Assembly (NCBI GenBank): GCA_000708835.1
Contig: DF237189.1
Location: 1 to 64,000 of the forward strand
Reading direction: 5' to 3'
DNA length: 64,000 nucleotides
Source: Klebsormidium nitens
Lineage: Eukaryota; Plantae; Klebsormidiophyceae
In this document: positions 12,987 through 26,800 of the stretch, one piece after another
How positions within the stretch are numbered: the stretch's first letter is position 1
Layout of the letters: every line of letters begins with the position of its first letter
The notes under the pieces: model-generated
The model's input: the letters and a program-made list of their open reading frames with translations, nothing else
Databases searched by the model: none
Told to the model about the DNA's origin: nothing
Translations under genes and position numbers: made by a program

Positions 12987-15900
12987 ATGGCCATGCATAA
13001 GAAGGCTCACTTCATCACAGCGACCCATTGTCTGCAGGTTGGACAGGAGCTCAAGTGGCAGCGGCAGGTTGGTCGCCGGCGGATTTTCATCCAGACTGAG
13101 TTTGGCGATGTGCTGGGCCTTGAGGTGGACCGCGCAGAGAAGGCTGGCTCACTCAAGAAGAAGCTCCAGACTGCATTCAACATTCCCACCGAGCATAGCG
13201 AGCTCGTGTGCGGGGACCTGGTGCTCGAGAAAGAACTTACGGAAGTCAGGCGGGATGCCCCTGTCCTGCTCACCAGGGGGGGGTTGTCTCGCTCTCAGAG
13301 CAGCCCCTGCTTGACCCCCCCGTCGGCTCGATCGTTCCTGAAGCAGGACCAGGGAAAAGTGATTGAGGTCGTGGGGGGCGGGAGCTGTGCTGGAAAGCTG
13401 AAGAAAGTGCTGAGGGAGGCGGTGAAAGCGATCGACGGCGGCGTCATTCCGGTGCGCACGACGGGGGGCCTCGGGGGGGCGTATCTGCTGCAGAATACAA
13501 GGGGGGATTGCCTGGCGATTCTGAAACCGGGGGATGAGGAACCGTTGGCCCCCAACAACCCCAACGGTTTTGTGGGGCGGTCTCTGGGGCAGCCTGGCTT
13601 GAAGAAAGCAATTCGAGTGGGGGAGGCTGCCGTCCGAGAAGTTGCGGCATATCTTCTAGATCATGGGGGCTTTGCAAATGTCCCTGAGACCGTGCTGGTC
13701 AAGTGCACGCACTCGTGCTTCCATCTAAACAGCCCGCGCTCCCTCGGGCCTGGAAAAGGCTCTTTGCCGGTGACGAAGCTGGGGTCGTTTCAGGAGTACA
13801 AGGAGCACGACTTTGACTGCAGCGAGCACGGCACGTCGCGCTTTCCGGCGTCCGAGGTGCACAGGATCGGGATCCTGGACGTACGGCTGCTTAACCTGGA
13901 CCGCCATTCAGGAAACATTTTGGTGCGAAAGCTGGGGAGGAAGGAACTAGAGGCAAGGCGTTCGGAAATGGGGAGAGAGGCGACCGTGGATGCGGGCGTG
14001 GAGCTGATTCCCATTGACCATGGGTACTGCCTACCCGAGATGCTGGAGGCGGCCTACTTTGAGTGGCTACACTGGCCGCAGGTGAGCTTGGTGGTTTCTT
14101 CCCTCTTCTGCTTTTGCATCTCTGTTTCATGATCCCGTATGCTGTTGGGCAGGCTTCTGAGTCCCTTCACTTGCATGCTTCCACTGCTGTTCCTGCTACT
14201 ATGCTTAGGCGGTGATCCCGTGCTGATGCTAGGCTTATTCTATTCACTTTGTATTCCTCCCCGTAAGAGCATCTGGAGAACATGCAGAGTGCCTAATAAC
14301 AGAGTTTAGAGGTTAGATCAGCATATACATATTGAAGCCGTGCTTGTGTTCGAAGCAGGCATCGTTGTTCTCTCCGAGCAGCATGTGGCCACAATCCCCA
14401 ACATCTACCACGAAGATGAAGCGGAATCAATGTTCAGAGAAGACAACCAGCACTGACCATTGTGTCCTATGTGCAGGCGTCGCTGCCCTTCTCGGAGGAG
14501 CACCTTGCGTACATTGCTGCGCTGGACCCGGCCCGCGACGTGGAGCTGCTGCGGCGGGAGCTGCCGATGCTGCGCGAGGCGTGCCTGCGCATCCTGCACC
14601 TCTCCACGCTCTTCCTCAAGCGCGCCGCAGCCATGGGCCTCACGCTTGCTGAGATTGGTGCCATGATGAGCCGCGAGTGCGCGGGGCTGGAGGAAGAAGC
14701 GAGCGATTTTGAGGTAGGCAGCAACTGATTGGTGCATCCCAACCAAGCCTAAGGGGTGGTTGGTGTCTGGACGTGCTAGCATTGTCTCGAAGATGAGGTT
14801 CGTTCGTATCTAGAGTAGGTCTCTTGGGACATGTGCGGAAAGTGCAAAACAGCTGTAGTAGCCAAGAGTGTCGTTCATAGAACTGTTGCTTGTTGGATAC
14901 ATTTTCTCATTGGATGATCTGTGTAAGAGGGTGTGATTGAATGGAGAAGAGCAGTAGGATTCAATGTTGGATGTCGTGAAGGCATCGCTTGTACTTTGGC
15001 GGTTTTGGCTGTGGGGGAGAGGCAAGAAAAGCATATTCGAGAAGGGAAGCAGGCCGTTACAGCTTCGAAGAGGCCATCGCGAGCCCCTTTCTTAGGTTCA
15101 TTTCTGTCTGTCGTGCAGCTGGTGTGCCAAGCGGCCAAGCAGCGCCTGGAGGAGGACCTCGCCGCGTTTCGCCCCGAAGACCTCGCCTCCGACCACTTCT
15201 CCTCGGAGGGCCTCGACGACTTCCGCGACGAGGAGCTGTCCAGCGTCCAGTTCGACATGGACGAGGACGACACGTGGCACTCCTCCCTCTCCCCCCGCTC
15301 CGTCTCTGGGGGCCAGCTGTCACCCCTTGCGTCTTCCCGGGGGACGTTTTCGTACTCTCCCGCGTCCCCCTCCGCCGGTGACAGCCGCGCCTCGAGCACT
15401 TCGCCGTTCAGCGGGGGCTTTGCAAACACGACGCCCCCGCCGGGAAGGAACGCGCAGTCGCCCCCCCAGAGGAGCTCCGGGCTGACCACCCCGGCATCGC
15501 GGAAAGTCGGTTTCAACGCCCCCCTGTTGCGCCTGGAAGAGATGGAGCCGCTGAGGGAGGCGTCTCCGCCTGTATCGTCGAGCGTGTGCCACAGTGCCAT
15601 GGGGCTGGGGAGCTCGATCTTCAACCGAAAGGGGGGGCATCCGTTCGGTCGTAGCACCAGCTCGAGGAACCCCCACGGGCTGAAGTCGACGGCGGTGCGA
15701 CGTGAGACGGTGCTCAACATTCAGGGCGGGGCGATCTCGTCTCCGTACGCAGCACACGAAGTTGGTGAGTCGCGGCGTCCCTGCCCTCGTATGGTGTAAA
15801 ACGTGCACGTGCTTCCGGTGTTTGCGATCTCAGTTTAACCTGAGCCGATGTCGACTTTGGTGCCAGCTTCTATGGGAGGTTCTGGTCCGGGGACAGACAG

Positions 15901-16261
15901 CAAGGGTCGCAGTCTTCATGAGCTTTCAGTTGGTGAAGATGTAAAACTGCCTATCTCAATAACCAGCTCGACTACGTTTGCTTCGCGAGACAATTTAGCA
16001 GCTCAGTTGCACCACATCAGCCTTCTAAAGTGCTGCTTATATGCATGCTTTTGAAATCAAACTCTTAAGCGCGTTTGCCTTCCTGTGCGTGCAGTGGACC
16101 AGCCAGGGGCGGAGGGGCCCTTGATCCTCTCCAACATCCCGTCGCGGGCATGGCCGACCTTCCTGCATTACTTTTGTGAGCTGATTGACGATAGTCTGGC
16201 TCAGCGCCGCCGCGAGAGCAACTTGCGGATGGCGCGCCTAGGAACCTCCTGCAAGTTCTGA
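12987..16261 (+). CDS. PI4KG: Type II phosphatidylinositol 4-kinase gamma (PI4Kgamma5/6/7-like) with N-terminal ubiquitin-like domain
   Basis: Exons 12987-14081, 14477-14713, 15119-15764, (possible 15867-15932), 16095-16261. Motifs: RRIFIQTEFG (UBL), GGLGGAY, KPGDEEPLAPNNPNGF, VREVAAYLLDH, LDVRLLNLDRHSGN, PIDHGYCLPE, WLHWPQAS, and the family C-terminus RLGTSCKF*. Confidence 0.93.
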
Positions 16262-17019
16262 TGTAACAGTATGGCATCCAGTTTGTTGTCGGGTCAAAAA
16301 GGACGGGCATGTAGCTTGGAACGCCTGCAGGAAGTCTCCCGAAATGCACGGCGTGCATTAGTTTCTTCTCATTGTATTTCTAACTGATATTGATTGGGTT
16401 CGTCGTGAACGTGGGCAAGAAGTAGGGAGTCGTTTGCAGCGCAGAAGGAGTTGAGTCGAAGTTGTAATAACGTACAGATCATGTAGGTCGAGGGATAGAT
16501 TAGCTGAGTCTACATTTTGGGTCTCGAGAACGTGACTAAGAGTTCCCGCAATGTATAAGCTGACTCACTAGCTGTCCATATTGAGGTATTTGGCATTGGC
16601 CGTCGTTATCTTCCTTTTGCCACACTTAGCAACGTAATTGTTGGTTTAGGCATTATCAGTGCATGCATTGGCACTAATGTGCCATGATCTGCTCAGTGAA
16701 TATATCACAAGTATTGCAGCCCGCCGCGGCAGCGGGGCACATTTTTGGAACTCAGTGACCATTGATATCATGAGTAAGTAACCGTCTCTCGGACTATCCT
16801 GGTTTATAATATATCCGAGAGCTAGCTCTGATCAGCAGGCTGGTTGCGCACCGCGTGCCATCACGTCACTAGGATTCAGGTTAGTAATAGGCGTTATAGT
16901 GACACGGACATACATCAATTACCGTCTAGTCAATATATCCTGTACGTCGAAAAAGTGCCCGCGTCTCAGCACGTACTGGCACATAAAAGACGATGCACAT
17001 GCATGCTGAGCAATCATTG

Positions 17020-17255
17020 CACGGGACACGTACGGTGCGGAATTCGATAGCTGCATTTCAGTCGGTCGGCGCGGCAGGTTACCGAGTACGGACCTAGGCT
17101 CCCAACCCTTGACCGTCGGTCGGACCGGGGCAACTTCCCCGGATCCGACCTACCAGCTATCCGGAACTTTCTGGCGAAAATATCTGGTTTGCCGGAAATA
17201 TGTCAAAATTGCCCCAATTCGCCAGTGGAAATGGTGGAACTTTAGTGCACCATTG
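17020..17255 (+). repeat. Left decayed long inverted repeat of the 16-kb segment
   Basis: Blocks CACGGGACACGTACGGTGCGGAATTCGA, GTCGGACCGGGGCAACTTCCCCGGAT and AAATATGTCAAAATTGCCCCAATTCGCCAGTGG match the reverse complement of 32965-33289. Internal hairpin at 17119-17149. Confidence 0.7.
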
Positions 17256-17929
17256 TGCTGCCTTGGAGAGGGGCATCAAGCCGCTCTTTTTCATAGATGG
17301 TGGACAAAGTCCTTCCTGTCTGCTGAGAAGAATCAAGATCACCTCTTCGGATCTAAAACATAGGCTTTGTGGGTAAGAAATGAGTCGAGTGCTGACGGCT
17401 CAGTGGACGCCATTGTTAAGGCGACTCTTCCAGCTCCTTCGGACACAGGCCCTGTTTTTGACAGGATGTCGAATTCGGGCCCCGCTATTTCGGCCGAGCA
17501 TCAAATCGCAAGGCCTCGGCCAATTTGACCAACCGGGTCGTAAAGGAGATGGGGGAGGTGGACTTGGTGTCGAGCTCCCCTCAATCTAGAGTCTTAAAAC
17601 TCGAGTCTGCTGCAGTCTTCCCTACCTTCAATTTCAAATACCGCCGCTTCATAACACATAGATCCATAATGCACATGTGAGCCCCTGGCAGTCGAGAACC
17701 AGCTGCATTGATTCTCCTTCAGGGTTCTTTCTGCTGTGCTTCTGCAGCTTTGAGTTTTGCTACTAAAGTTCCGAGCGACCAGCATTCTTGCCACATCCCA
17801 TATCATTGCCAAATAGTGCTATGTGTGCATCCGATTGCAGTTTGATTGATGGTGCACCGGTTGGAGCTGCTAAATCTGATGCTCTAAAGCATAGAGTCTG
17901 CCATTAGGGGCACTTAAGAGCAAGCTCTC

Positions 17930-20320
17930 AGAAAGTGCGTTGTCTTTAGACTACCAGGGAAGGCTAAGGACTGAAGGGGGGCCCGCAAGCTATCAGGTTG
18001 ATTGCAAGTTCTGCTGTGCTTCATGTGCTTTTGAATATCTCCAAGACAGAGCAGGAGGTGAGTTGCTTTTGAAACAGGCAAGGGTCACCCTCATTCAGTC
18101 CACTTTCGCATTCATCCTAACCTTCGATCTCATATACTAGAGCAGATTCTAGGGCTCTTCCTCAACCTGCTCAAGAGATCTTGAAGCTTGAAGCATCTCT
18201 CCTGTCGGTATGAGAGCTGAAGCCAACATTAGACCATAGGAGTCTATTTCTTTCTAGTGAAGCTGCAGGGACTGGACGGAGTTGGGCAGTGCTTTTGGCC
18301 TGAGCCTTGTTCACCCTGGATCCTTGTCTGTCATTCAGCTCTCAATGCTTCTTCATACCAAGATTTGAACTGTGGCTGATTGCAATGAATCTGCTCAAGA
18401 CTCAACAGAGGGCAACTGAAACTAGGATCGGATTAGACTTTAGTTTCTGATGTGCATCTGGGTATGTGCTTGGCAGTCTCAGCCCTTTTCATCAATGCTA
18501 GATGTCTAGATATGAACCAGCTTAATGAGGTGGAAATTGGGTAATATGAGCTGACCTGAAAGCATCATTATTGTGCAGAACTTCAAGATTTGGAGGTCAC
18601 CGTTACATTAGCTGCCGGATTGGGGGCAGTCTAGCTCAACTCTGAGTCTTTGTTCCTGGCGGCCTATCAATCTGCGCGAAGGTGGGTTTGACAAGACTTC
18701 GCGTGTTACGCCCACTCTACCTTCAAAAAAGGACAGCACGCATAATGTCTGCGAGTCAATTCTCTTGCACAAGCTGGTGGGACAACTTTGGAACATCTCG
18801 GAAGGTCCTTGAGCTGGCTCCCTCAACCTGAGCCCTTTCTTGTGAAAGGGATCCCCGAATACACCTTCAGTTACAGCCTTTCCTTCTCAAGGGCTCTACA
18901 GCAAGAATCTGAACATGAGTACCTGGTACATCGTCTCCTGCGGCCTTGTGCACCCGGTATAGGGCTATGAGGCTAGGGCGATCCACCCTTTACATACGTG
19001 TGCAGTTAGCAGGAGCCCCTGACGCACTATCTATCTGCTTATTATGTTTGTTCTCCTTTGACAGCCGCAAACAAAAGAGCTGGCAGCTGCAATCTGGTAA
19101 AAGAGATTGCAGGGGGTGCAAGTAGAGCAAGCGTCGCTGCGGTCAGCAAAGCAAGCACGGCTGCGTCCAGGTCGGTGATCCACCCACAGTGATTTCTTAA
19201 TGTGCTCAAGCTGCTTCTTCCAGCAGCTTGGGCGTCGCTAAGATCGTTGACAATTACCTTTGCGAGCACGTATGCATACGAGCCCACCTGATCCGCTTGA
19301 CATACTGAAGAAACTGATTTGTCCATGAAGGTGATTGCTTCAGTATGTCTGCCAACCTTTCCAAGCTCACGGCTCTTAGGTTCAGCTGTACAAACATTTG
19401 GCTACCAGCTGAGCAAGCTTCTGGCCTTGTGTGGTAGGCTTACCGATTCTGCATCAGATCAAGCACATCAATCCGGTACAGCAACCCATGCGCACATAGG
19501 GATTGCGTCTTCCAGGGCTCACGACTTTCAAACCTTCCTGTCCAGATCCCCTTCTTTGCTGACATCATCAACGCTGCGGGCAACGTGGTCAACACTGGTA
19601 TTGTCGTGCGGCCTGAGGTGCGCACCTCTCCGCAGTGGCGTCTTCCTGGCAGAGTGAGAGGCAGCTTGCAAAAGTCATTCCCAGAAGAGGTGCTCAAAGG
19701 GGAAATTAGCATTGATGTGTGGACCGGAGTGCCTGTCTCTTCAACAAGTGCTTTCCCGGCTAAATGCATTCAGCAAGCAATCAGCACTGGCGCAAACACA
19801 TGTTGGCATTTGCTTGAGAAGTGACGGAGCTTATGATCTAATTGCATACAGGGCCCCTCGCTTCCGAAGCCCCTCGCTTTCAAATCTGCGGCAGCCACCA
19901 AGTCAGTCAGCGTCCGGTCAGTTAACAATCTTTTGCTTGTGTGCTCTTGCTCAAAAGCCAAGGCTTTCATGTTAGTGTCTCGTTGTCCCCCTTTCTATTC
20001 TTTAGAATATTGCGGCGTGCCTGCTTTTCAACTCTGCAAGTCTGCAACTTCGTCCAAAGCTTTGCTTGAGTTTGTCAAAGGGATGATTCTGTACCTTGCT
20101 CTCACCTTCTTACGGCTATCTCAACAGGATCTGTGGGTGGTGTTCAAGACAAGCTGTGTATAGCATTCCAGTTACATTATCTTTTGTTGACGGGCTGACG
20201 CTCAAAGTGATCAATGATGTCACAGCATTTCTGCTCTTTGCGAATCCAGTAGGGAATCCAACCAGGAGCCTGCATTTCCCACCATCTTCCAAAATTGCGT
20301 TCTGTGCGGCGTGTCCTTGA
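17930..20320 (+). other. Possible upstream exons (or decayed exons) of the + orphan transcription unit
   Basis: Strong donors (GTGAGT at 18059, GTATGC, GTATGA) bound short open frames such as DCKFCCASCAFEYL and IPFFADIINAAGNVVNTGIVVRPEV. No unbroken phase-consistent model could be built. Confidence 0.25.
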
Positions 20321-20864
20321 AGCAAGGCAGAATATCGAAAGTTTTGAGGTTTGTGTCACTGATAATCGTTTGTTCTTTTGCATCTGAACTTCAGGTCAAA
20401 GGTCTGGTGCCCCTTATCCGGGCGCGACAACTGAGGCCTTGCACGTCTTGAGATTGGAGGTGTCGCTTGCATATTTGGTGCTACCTACAGCGGGGTAAGC
20501 CATGCTTCAGTTCAATTCAATTCACTTCATTGTGACGAAAATAAGGTCCATCTTGCTGGCCGCTAAAGCCTAGGTTTGGTTTCAGGCTGTCTAGGCTGTC
20601 AAAAGGTGACAACTCTCGCAAGGACTCCGCATCAGTCGGATCAAAAGAATGGACAAGCAAGCTCAAAAAGACTCCGTTTTCAGTCAAGGTCATTCCCCGG
20701 GGGTCATTCTCGAGTCGTTGCTCTAGTGCTGAATACTCTCCGTATGCTTGAGCTGTTTGCGCTCATCTTCTAGTGGGCTGGACGCCCCTCAGTCACTTGT
20801 CATGATGACTTGAAGTAAAGGTCCTTACATTTTCCAACTCCCAGACTGTGCGCGCGCATTCTGG

Positions 20865-23800
20865 ATGGCTGGGACTACTTCGTCGAGCTCGCTGGTTGAT
20901 GGCCACGTGGCCTTTCACGGATTTTGGAAAGTGAACCCATATGCGGAGCCACGGCCTGGACACTTCGATGCCCCGGGATACTTTTTGTTCCCCCATCTTG
21001 ACCCCGCCCAATTTCGATTGGATGATGTGTGGGTGGCTGTGTTATGCGACAATTTTGTTGCGCGACCGCGTGGCCATCCTAACCAGACCGAGAGAAGGTT
21101 TGACCTTGCTTGGGCAGCTTATCTGATTGATATGCACCATAACTTATCGGGAGGGGCCGGTCATGTTTACAACAGCGAGAAGTCGTTGGGTGTGGCGTTG
21201 ATGCGCGCTTTTGAGAAGAGGAACGAGGGTCCGACTGGGGGTCGAGTGGGCAGATTCGGCATTTAGCTGGGACAGCAGTTTCGGGGCGGGAGTGCCCCCT
21301 ATGGTCTCATCCTGGTCCTGAACGATGCACTTTTATGTTTTGTGATGGAGGGTCGTCTCCTACGGCTGAAGATGACGGGCTGGCTTGGATTGATGAGGAT
21401 GCTTCGACTGAGGCTGTAGAGCCTGTCGCTGAGGATGGGGATCTTGGGACGTCTTTTGGGCTGGACGGGATTAATGATTTTGAGATACTGGATGATGAGA
21501 CCGCAGAGATTCTGAGGGATGCCGAACCGAACTCCGGCGAGGCATCCGATGATGCTAACAAGCGGTTGTGCGAAGCCTACAGGCGGCTTTACACAAAGCA
21601 TGGCCAGCGTATGGCCTTGAAAAATCTGAGGAATACAATGATGCCCCTCTCAAGGCTAATTGCTTGGATAGCTTGCAAGAGCTTGTCCCAATATACCACG
21701 ATGAGGACTATCGTCCAGTTTGCTGCTCGGAAGCCCTTTTCATATACGGATTGTGCAAGTGGGGAGTGGCGGGAGGTGGAGACATTCTTGTGCGCTCGGC
21801 TTATTGTTGCTGTTTACTCGGACGCCTCGCCCGATATCTTTAAGTGGTCCAAGTTGAAGTTCCTCGAGGACCCTGACAATCAGGAGTTGGTCGACCAGAC
21901 CGTAAGGGATTGGAAGGAGGCGGTATTTGACCACTTCGCTTTTCACGAGCTCGCACCACCTGTGCATATTGCCCTCATCTCGGATACTCGCCATTGTCGA
22001 GGAAACAATTTCCTCCTCGTTTTCCGGGCCGTTGATCACGCCGTTTCCGCCAGGTCTGACTCTTTGGAGATTGGCGACTGCCTTCTGCGTATCACTGCAG
22101 TTGTCAATCGGAGGATGAGACTGAGGCTTGGTGGGGGCCTAGTCATGCCTGATCTCTTGTCGACTGCTGCTCAAGCGTCTCTTGCTGCGAAAGACGAGAC
22201 CGCCGACCTGTTTGACTACCTTATAGACAACGTGTCCCCCTACGAATATTTATGTGAAGGGGGGATCAGGGTGATGCAAGAGAAGGCTGTGCGGGTTTTG
22301 CATTGTGATCCTGCACTAACGGCGGACATGGTCGCCCAATACTTCGTGGAGACTGCAGGCGTTCGTCCCGCTCGAGTGCTGCGGGACTCGAAGTTCAAGC
22401 AAACGCAGCCTGGCTTCGTCACCTGGATTGCTGACTTTGCTCAGTCAGGGGCTGACTGCGAGGATCAGTTTCGAGACATTGATGAGGTTATGCGTCAAAA
22501 TAACGGGACCTTTTTGCACCCAACTTTGGGCGAACACGCAATCCGATTACAACTCTTGAGGAAGCGAACACCAGGTTAGTTGAATTTTGCATAACACAGA
22601 TTGTCTTCGGAGTTGGACGGACGGCTTCTTTGACTGGTCTTTGCCTCATTTACCTTGTGGTCTGCCTTTGGTTTTATCTAGTGTCGGAACAGCTGCCTCC
22701 TTATGTGCGGCATAAGCTAAGAGTTTCAATGTCTGCTTTGTTGAGATCTTTGCTCAGGTACAGATTGTGATGCGCGATTGATCCGGTTCACGGTGCTTGG
22801 CACTGGGTTCCTTTTCTGCCCGCTGTCTCCCTCTCGGTTCCCTCTGCTCTGATGTCTTTTGTTGTTCTCTAGGGCTCAGTATCCTTTCTCGTTCTTGAGC
22901 TCTTCATCTCGGCGACTTTTGAAACCAGAAAGAATTTATATCGATAAAATAGTGAAGGTTGAATAGCTCCGCAGGCAAGGTTCTTAACGCTCGTTGACCC
23001 TTCTCAGGTGGCCGAGCTTCCAAACCGTGGAAGATGTTGGAGCGCATCCAGGAGACAGCGGCGAATCGCCGTAACCTCCTGGAGTTGCACCCGGCCAGGC
23101 CAGCGCACGCGTCTATTTTAGAGTTCTGGGATGGCTTTGCCGCGCTGAAGAATAGTATGACCAATTTTCGATATACAATACTTTCCGCCGACTTGTACAA
23201 AGCTGCTAAATCGACGGCGGGACGAGGTTTTGACGTGCGCTCAAGCGAGGGGCAAGCGCCCCGTGCTCCTGTGTGCTTGACTCCTGCCGATCGGGAGGAA
23301 TTGCACACATATTTTCCTCACCATCCGCCCTTCCCCTCTCACGTCCCTCTGGCACAGATGCGGCATCTTCATCAGGAATATTGCGCGCTGGTGGGCTTCG
23401 AACATAACGGCCAGCGTATCCTCGCCCCTATTACCAGTTCTACAGGGGATATCAAGGCCAATAACCACCTTCTCAGCCAAGATAACCGGTGCCCTTGCTG
23501 CCAAATGCCATACGCTGACTACTACCATCATTTCTATTGCGGCGCCCACCGCTCTGCGTTTACTAACATGGAGGACTAACGGGGTTTCTTGGAGGAACTT
23601 GCCGATCTGATCGCCTTCGCTGGGACCAGCGACGCCGTGTGCAAATCTCTAAATGAGGTGCACGGCCAGGAGCTCTTTGATAGGGTTCTTGTGCTTGCTG
23701 CTGCGCAGCTTACAGCTGCAAAGGCGCTCGAGGAAGGTGGAGGGCTGCCAAGCCCCATTCTCATTCGAAGAGCGACGCTCTTTGCTGCATTCTCAGCTGC

Positions 23801-26800
23801 GCCGGACACTGTCGCTCTAGGGAAAATATTGGAGGGTAAGCTCGGCGACAGCAATTTGAGGTACAGGGCCGGCCGCGGCGAGTCGTTTGACGAGGTGATG
23901 GCGGTGGGAGTAAACCCTCTGGCCAAATCGCGCCTTAAGACCCTGATGGTATTTCTAAAACGGCGACACCATGACGTGTTGGGACTACCAATTGATTATC
24001 TTTATCCTCGGAATCCTCTTGTCCCCGTCCCCAGGATAATATGCGCTCCGATGCACACTGTGATGAGGACGCTCAAGATTCATCTCAGCCTCATCCAGAG
24101 CGTTGGCATTGGGACAGCGCCTGACGGGCCAGGCGCGAAGGAGTCTCTTGATATATATGCAATGAACCAGGTTGGTGACTCTCCGCTTTGCTCTTGGATT
24201 TAGTTGTATCCCGTTTCTTTATCCTCTTCTTAGTTTCTCCAGGCTTCGCGTGTGACTGTAAGCGGATTGTGTCCCCTTTCGGTCAAGGTTCTTTTTGAGA
24301 TATACTCTGAGTTCTGATCCGTTTGCCTTCCTTCCTTTGTAGAAGGCCCTAATCAACAGCCACTTACTCATGAAGGACGAGTCGAATCCTGGAGACCGTA
24401 TCTCCATGGACTTGAACGGCGAATCTATTCGACTCGTCTTTAATCGGTGGCCTGATTTGGTTGGAGAGTTTTTGAGCCGGGTTCAAGCACTCCTTCCCAT
24501 ATTGGCGACCTGGACGACGAAGCTTATCTACAGCCACGAGCTCCCTACGGCTCGCTCTCGCTTGGCGTTATGGTGTCTCACATATGCCGAAATTACCGTG
24601 GCTCGAATCATGGACGACCAGCTTCGGGCAACGCAGACCAAAGACCGCAAGAACGTGGTCGTCTGCAATCATGCCCATGTGAAAGTTGCACACCTTCCAC
24701 AGGTCCGACCTCGAACAAATCTCGCTTTGACGTTTGGTCCTTTCTGGCACTTGCAAGTACAAAATCAACAGGCCTCACTCAATACTTCGGCGCCTGTGTC
24801 ACTTCGGATTTGGATTACATAGACTGTGACCTGAGCATTGGGTAGACTCGAGTGGCCGTTCATTCGGACCGACTGTCCCGACCCCTGATGTTCTCCGGGC
24901 CGTGCGCGTGCGACAACTTCAACTGTAAACGGTGATTTTGTGTCCGTTTTCCTTGGGCGATTAATGACACCTGTTCTCCGTTGTTTTACAGCTTCACGAA
25001 GCCTTCGATGTACCTCTAATTGACCTATCGGAAGAGGCTGGTGAACGGCTTCAAAAGCCGAATAAGGAGAGTATGTACAATAGGAGTGACCGGAAAACTG
25101 ACCAGGTTGACACAATGATCAGGGAGGAATTCTACCGGGAGAAGGGGATGATTGAGTACGGGATGAGGATAACGGATCCCCACACAGGCCAGCCCAAGCA
25201 TCATAATGCCTTTCAGGAAACAGTGGAAACTAATGTAATATATTATGGCTGCTTCTACAATTTTGATCAACCTGCGCGCTTCAATTTTGTCTCTCTTTTG
25301 GGCAACCTGGCTATGGGTCCCAGCGACTTGTTGGCTGATCAAGCTTACATATATTTGAGAGATCAAAGTCCGATTGAGTCCACGGAGTCTCCGGTGGCGC
25401 AGATGAACCTCCTCCAGCTTCCTCCCAAGAAGCCTTGCAAATGCACTTGCTTATGCCAGTGCGTACAGGGGTGCGCAAAGGCATGGCCTTGCAGATGCAA
25501 GTGTCGGGATGATTGCCGTGACTGTGCACACGGCAAGGCAACGGCTGACTGTAGCTGCTTATCATACCCACTTGTGGTCCTCCTAACGGGAAAAGGCGCA
25601 GGTAATTTAGTCTGCCACTAAGATCCTTGGACCCAGTGTTCAAATCTGAACCCTCGTTGGTGTGTCTGTTTTGGAAGGCTTTTGATTAAAGTTCACCGCG
25701 CTGTTTCGGACTGTTGATGTTGATTGTATGTATTGTGCTTGCAGGTACTGATCAATATCTGCATGTCCGCTTTTGCGAGAGCGGCGACCAAACAACCTGC
25801 AGCGCGCATATACCCGCCCTGGTTAGTTATTTGCGGGGCTCGAATGCTCTCCCCAGCCCTGGCAGGCTTATTCCCGCCAAGGACTATATCCTCGGCCAGC
25901 TAGCGACCCTCTGTAACGCTGCCGCGCGCCGGTTCAGACAACGCAACCTTGTGAAGCTTGGGTTGGAAGCACGGGCTCGGTTGGCTGAAAGTAAGTATTC
26001 CCGTCCGCACAAAGCTGGTCCAACGGATTGGTTCCGCTCGTTGGTTGCTGTTCTCGGCGAACTGCTAATCTCGTTGACCATCCTTTTGATTCTGCTGACT
26101 ACCAGTTTCCGTCTATCGAAGGCGGACCCCGCCCTTGGGCCGCCCAGTTTCCTCATCCAGTTTCTTTGGGGGCAGGACGATCCGGTCCCTTGGATCCTGG
26201 ATCCGTTTCTCTGGCGGATGACCGGAATCACCATTCAATCACTGCCTAAATCGTTCTATGACTTAGCTTCCGCTTTTCCGACGACTTTGTGTTACCTGAG
26301 TAACAAAATCCTTCTAATCTTAACTCATTTCGTCCGCTTGACTTTGGTTCCGCTCGCCAACAGCTGATTCTGCTCAGATTCCGTTCTTTCGCCATTCCGC
26401 TGAGTGCCGTTCTGTCGCTGGCCGCCGATTCTTATTAACTTGGGGCAGACTGAGATTCGTCCCGTCAGGCTTCCGTCCGCTGCTGGAATACCTTCTTCTG
26501 ACTTCGTATACCGTCCATTGACAACAGATCCCGCTGCACTGTGTTCTGCGCTGGGCTGGTGGGCTTTGTCCACGCACCAGAGTCTTCGATCCGTTTTGCT
26601 TGACAAACCGGTCGACAGACTCGAGGTAGACATTAATAGCTTTCTGGCTTCTTGATGAGCTTGGCTCTGGTCCGCAATGTACGCAAAGGCGATTTCGCGA
26701 AGACATTCAAACACTTTGGGTCTCGTCTCAGGGGTTACTTTCGACTTCAACGAGCCAATCACAGGGCCTCCGCATGGTGGCACTCTGGTCACCATTCGGG

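Noticed and set aside
14875-15720. 281-aa antisense ORF (and many other 60-190 aa track ORFs overlapping exons)
   Set aside because: Shadow frames of GC-rich exons on the opposite strand or in other frames; no independent motifs.
16786-16824. Helitron 3' end (CTCTCGGA..TCCGAGAG + CTAG)
   Set aside because: The loop is long and AT-rich, CTAG is not followed by T, and no matching 5' TC end or Rep/helicase is present.
17177-17185. Evening Element AAAATATCT
   Set aside because: Single 9-mer inside the left inverted repeat, more than 37 kb from ELF3; compatible with chance.
21960-22030. MULE DDE second-aspartate motif (IALISD)
   Set aside because: Not followed by the expected (C/D)xxH motif, and no upstream first-D context was found.
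25433-25601. pre-SET/SET domain suggested by the Cys cluster followed by LVVLLTGKGAG
   Set aside because: The following exons lack the SET signatures (RFxNHSC, ELxFDY).
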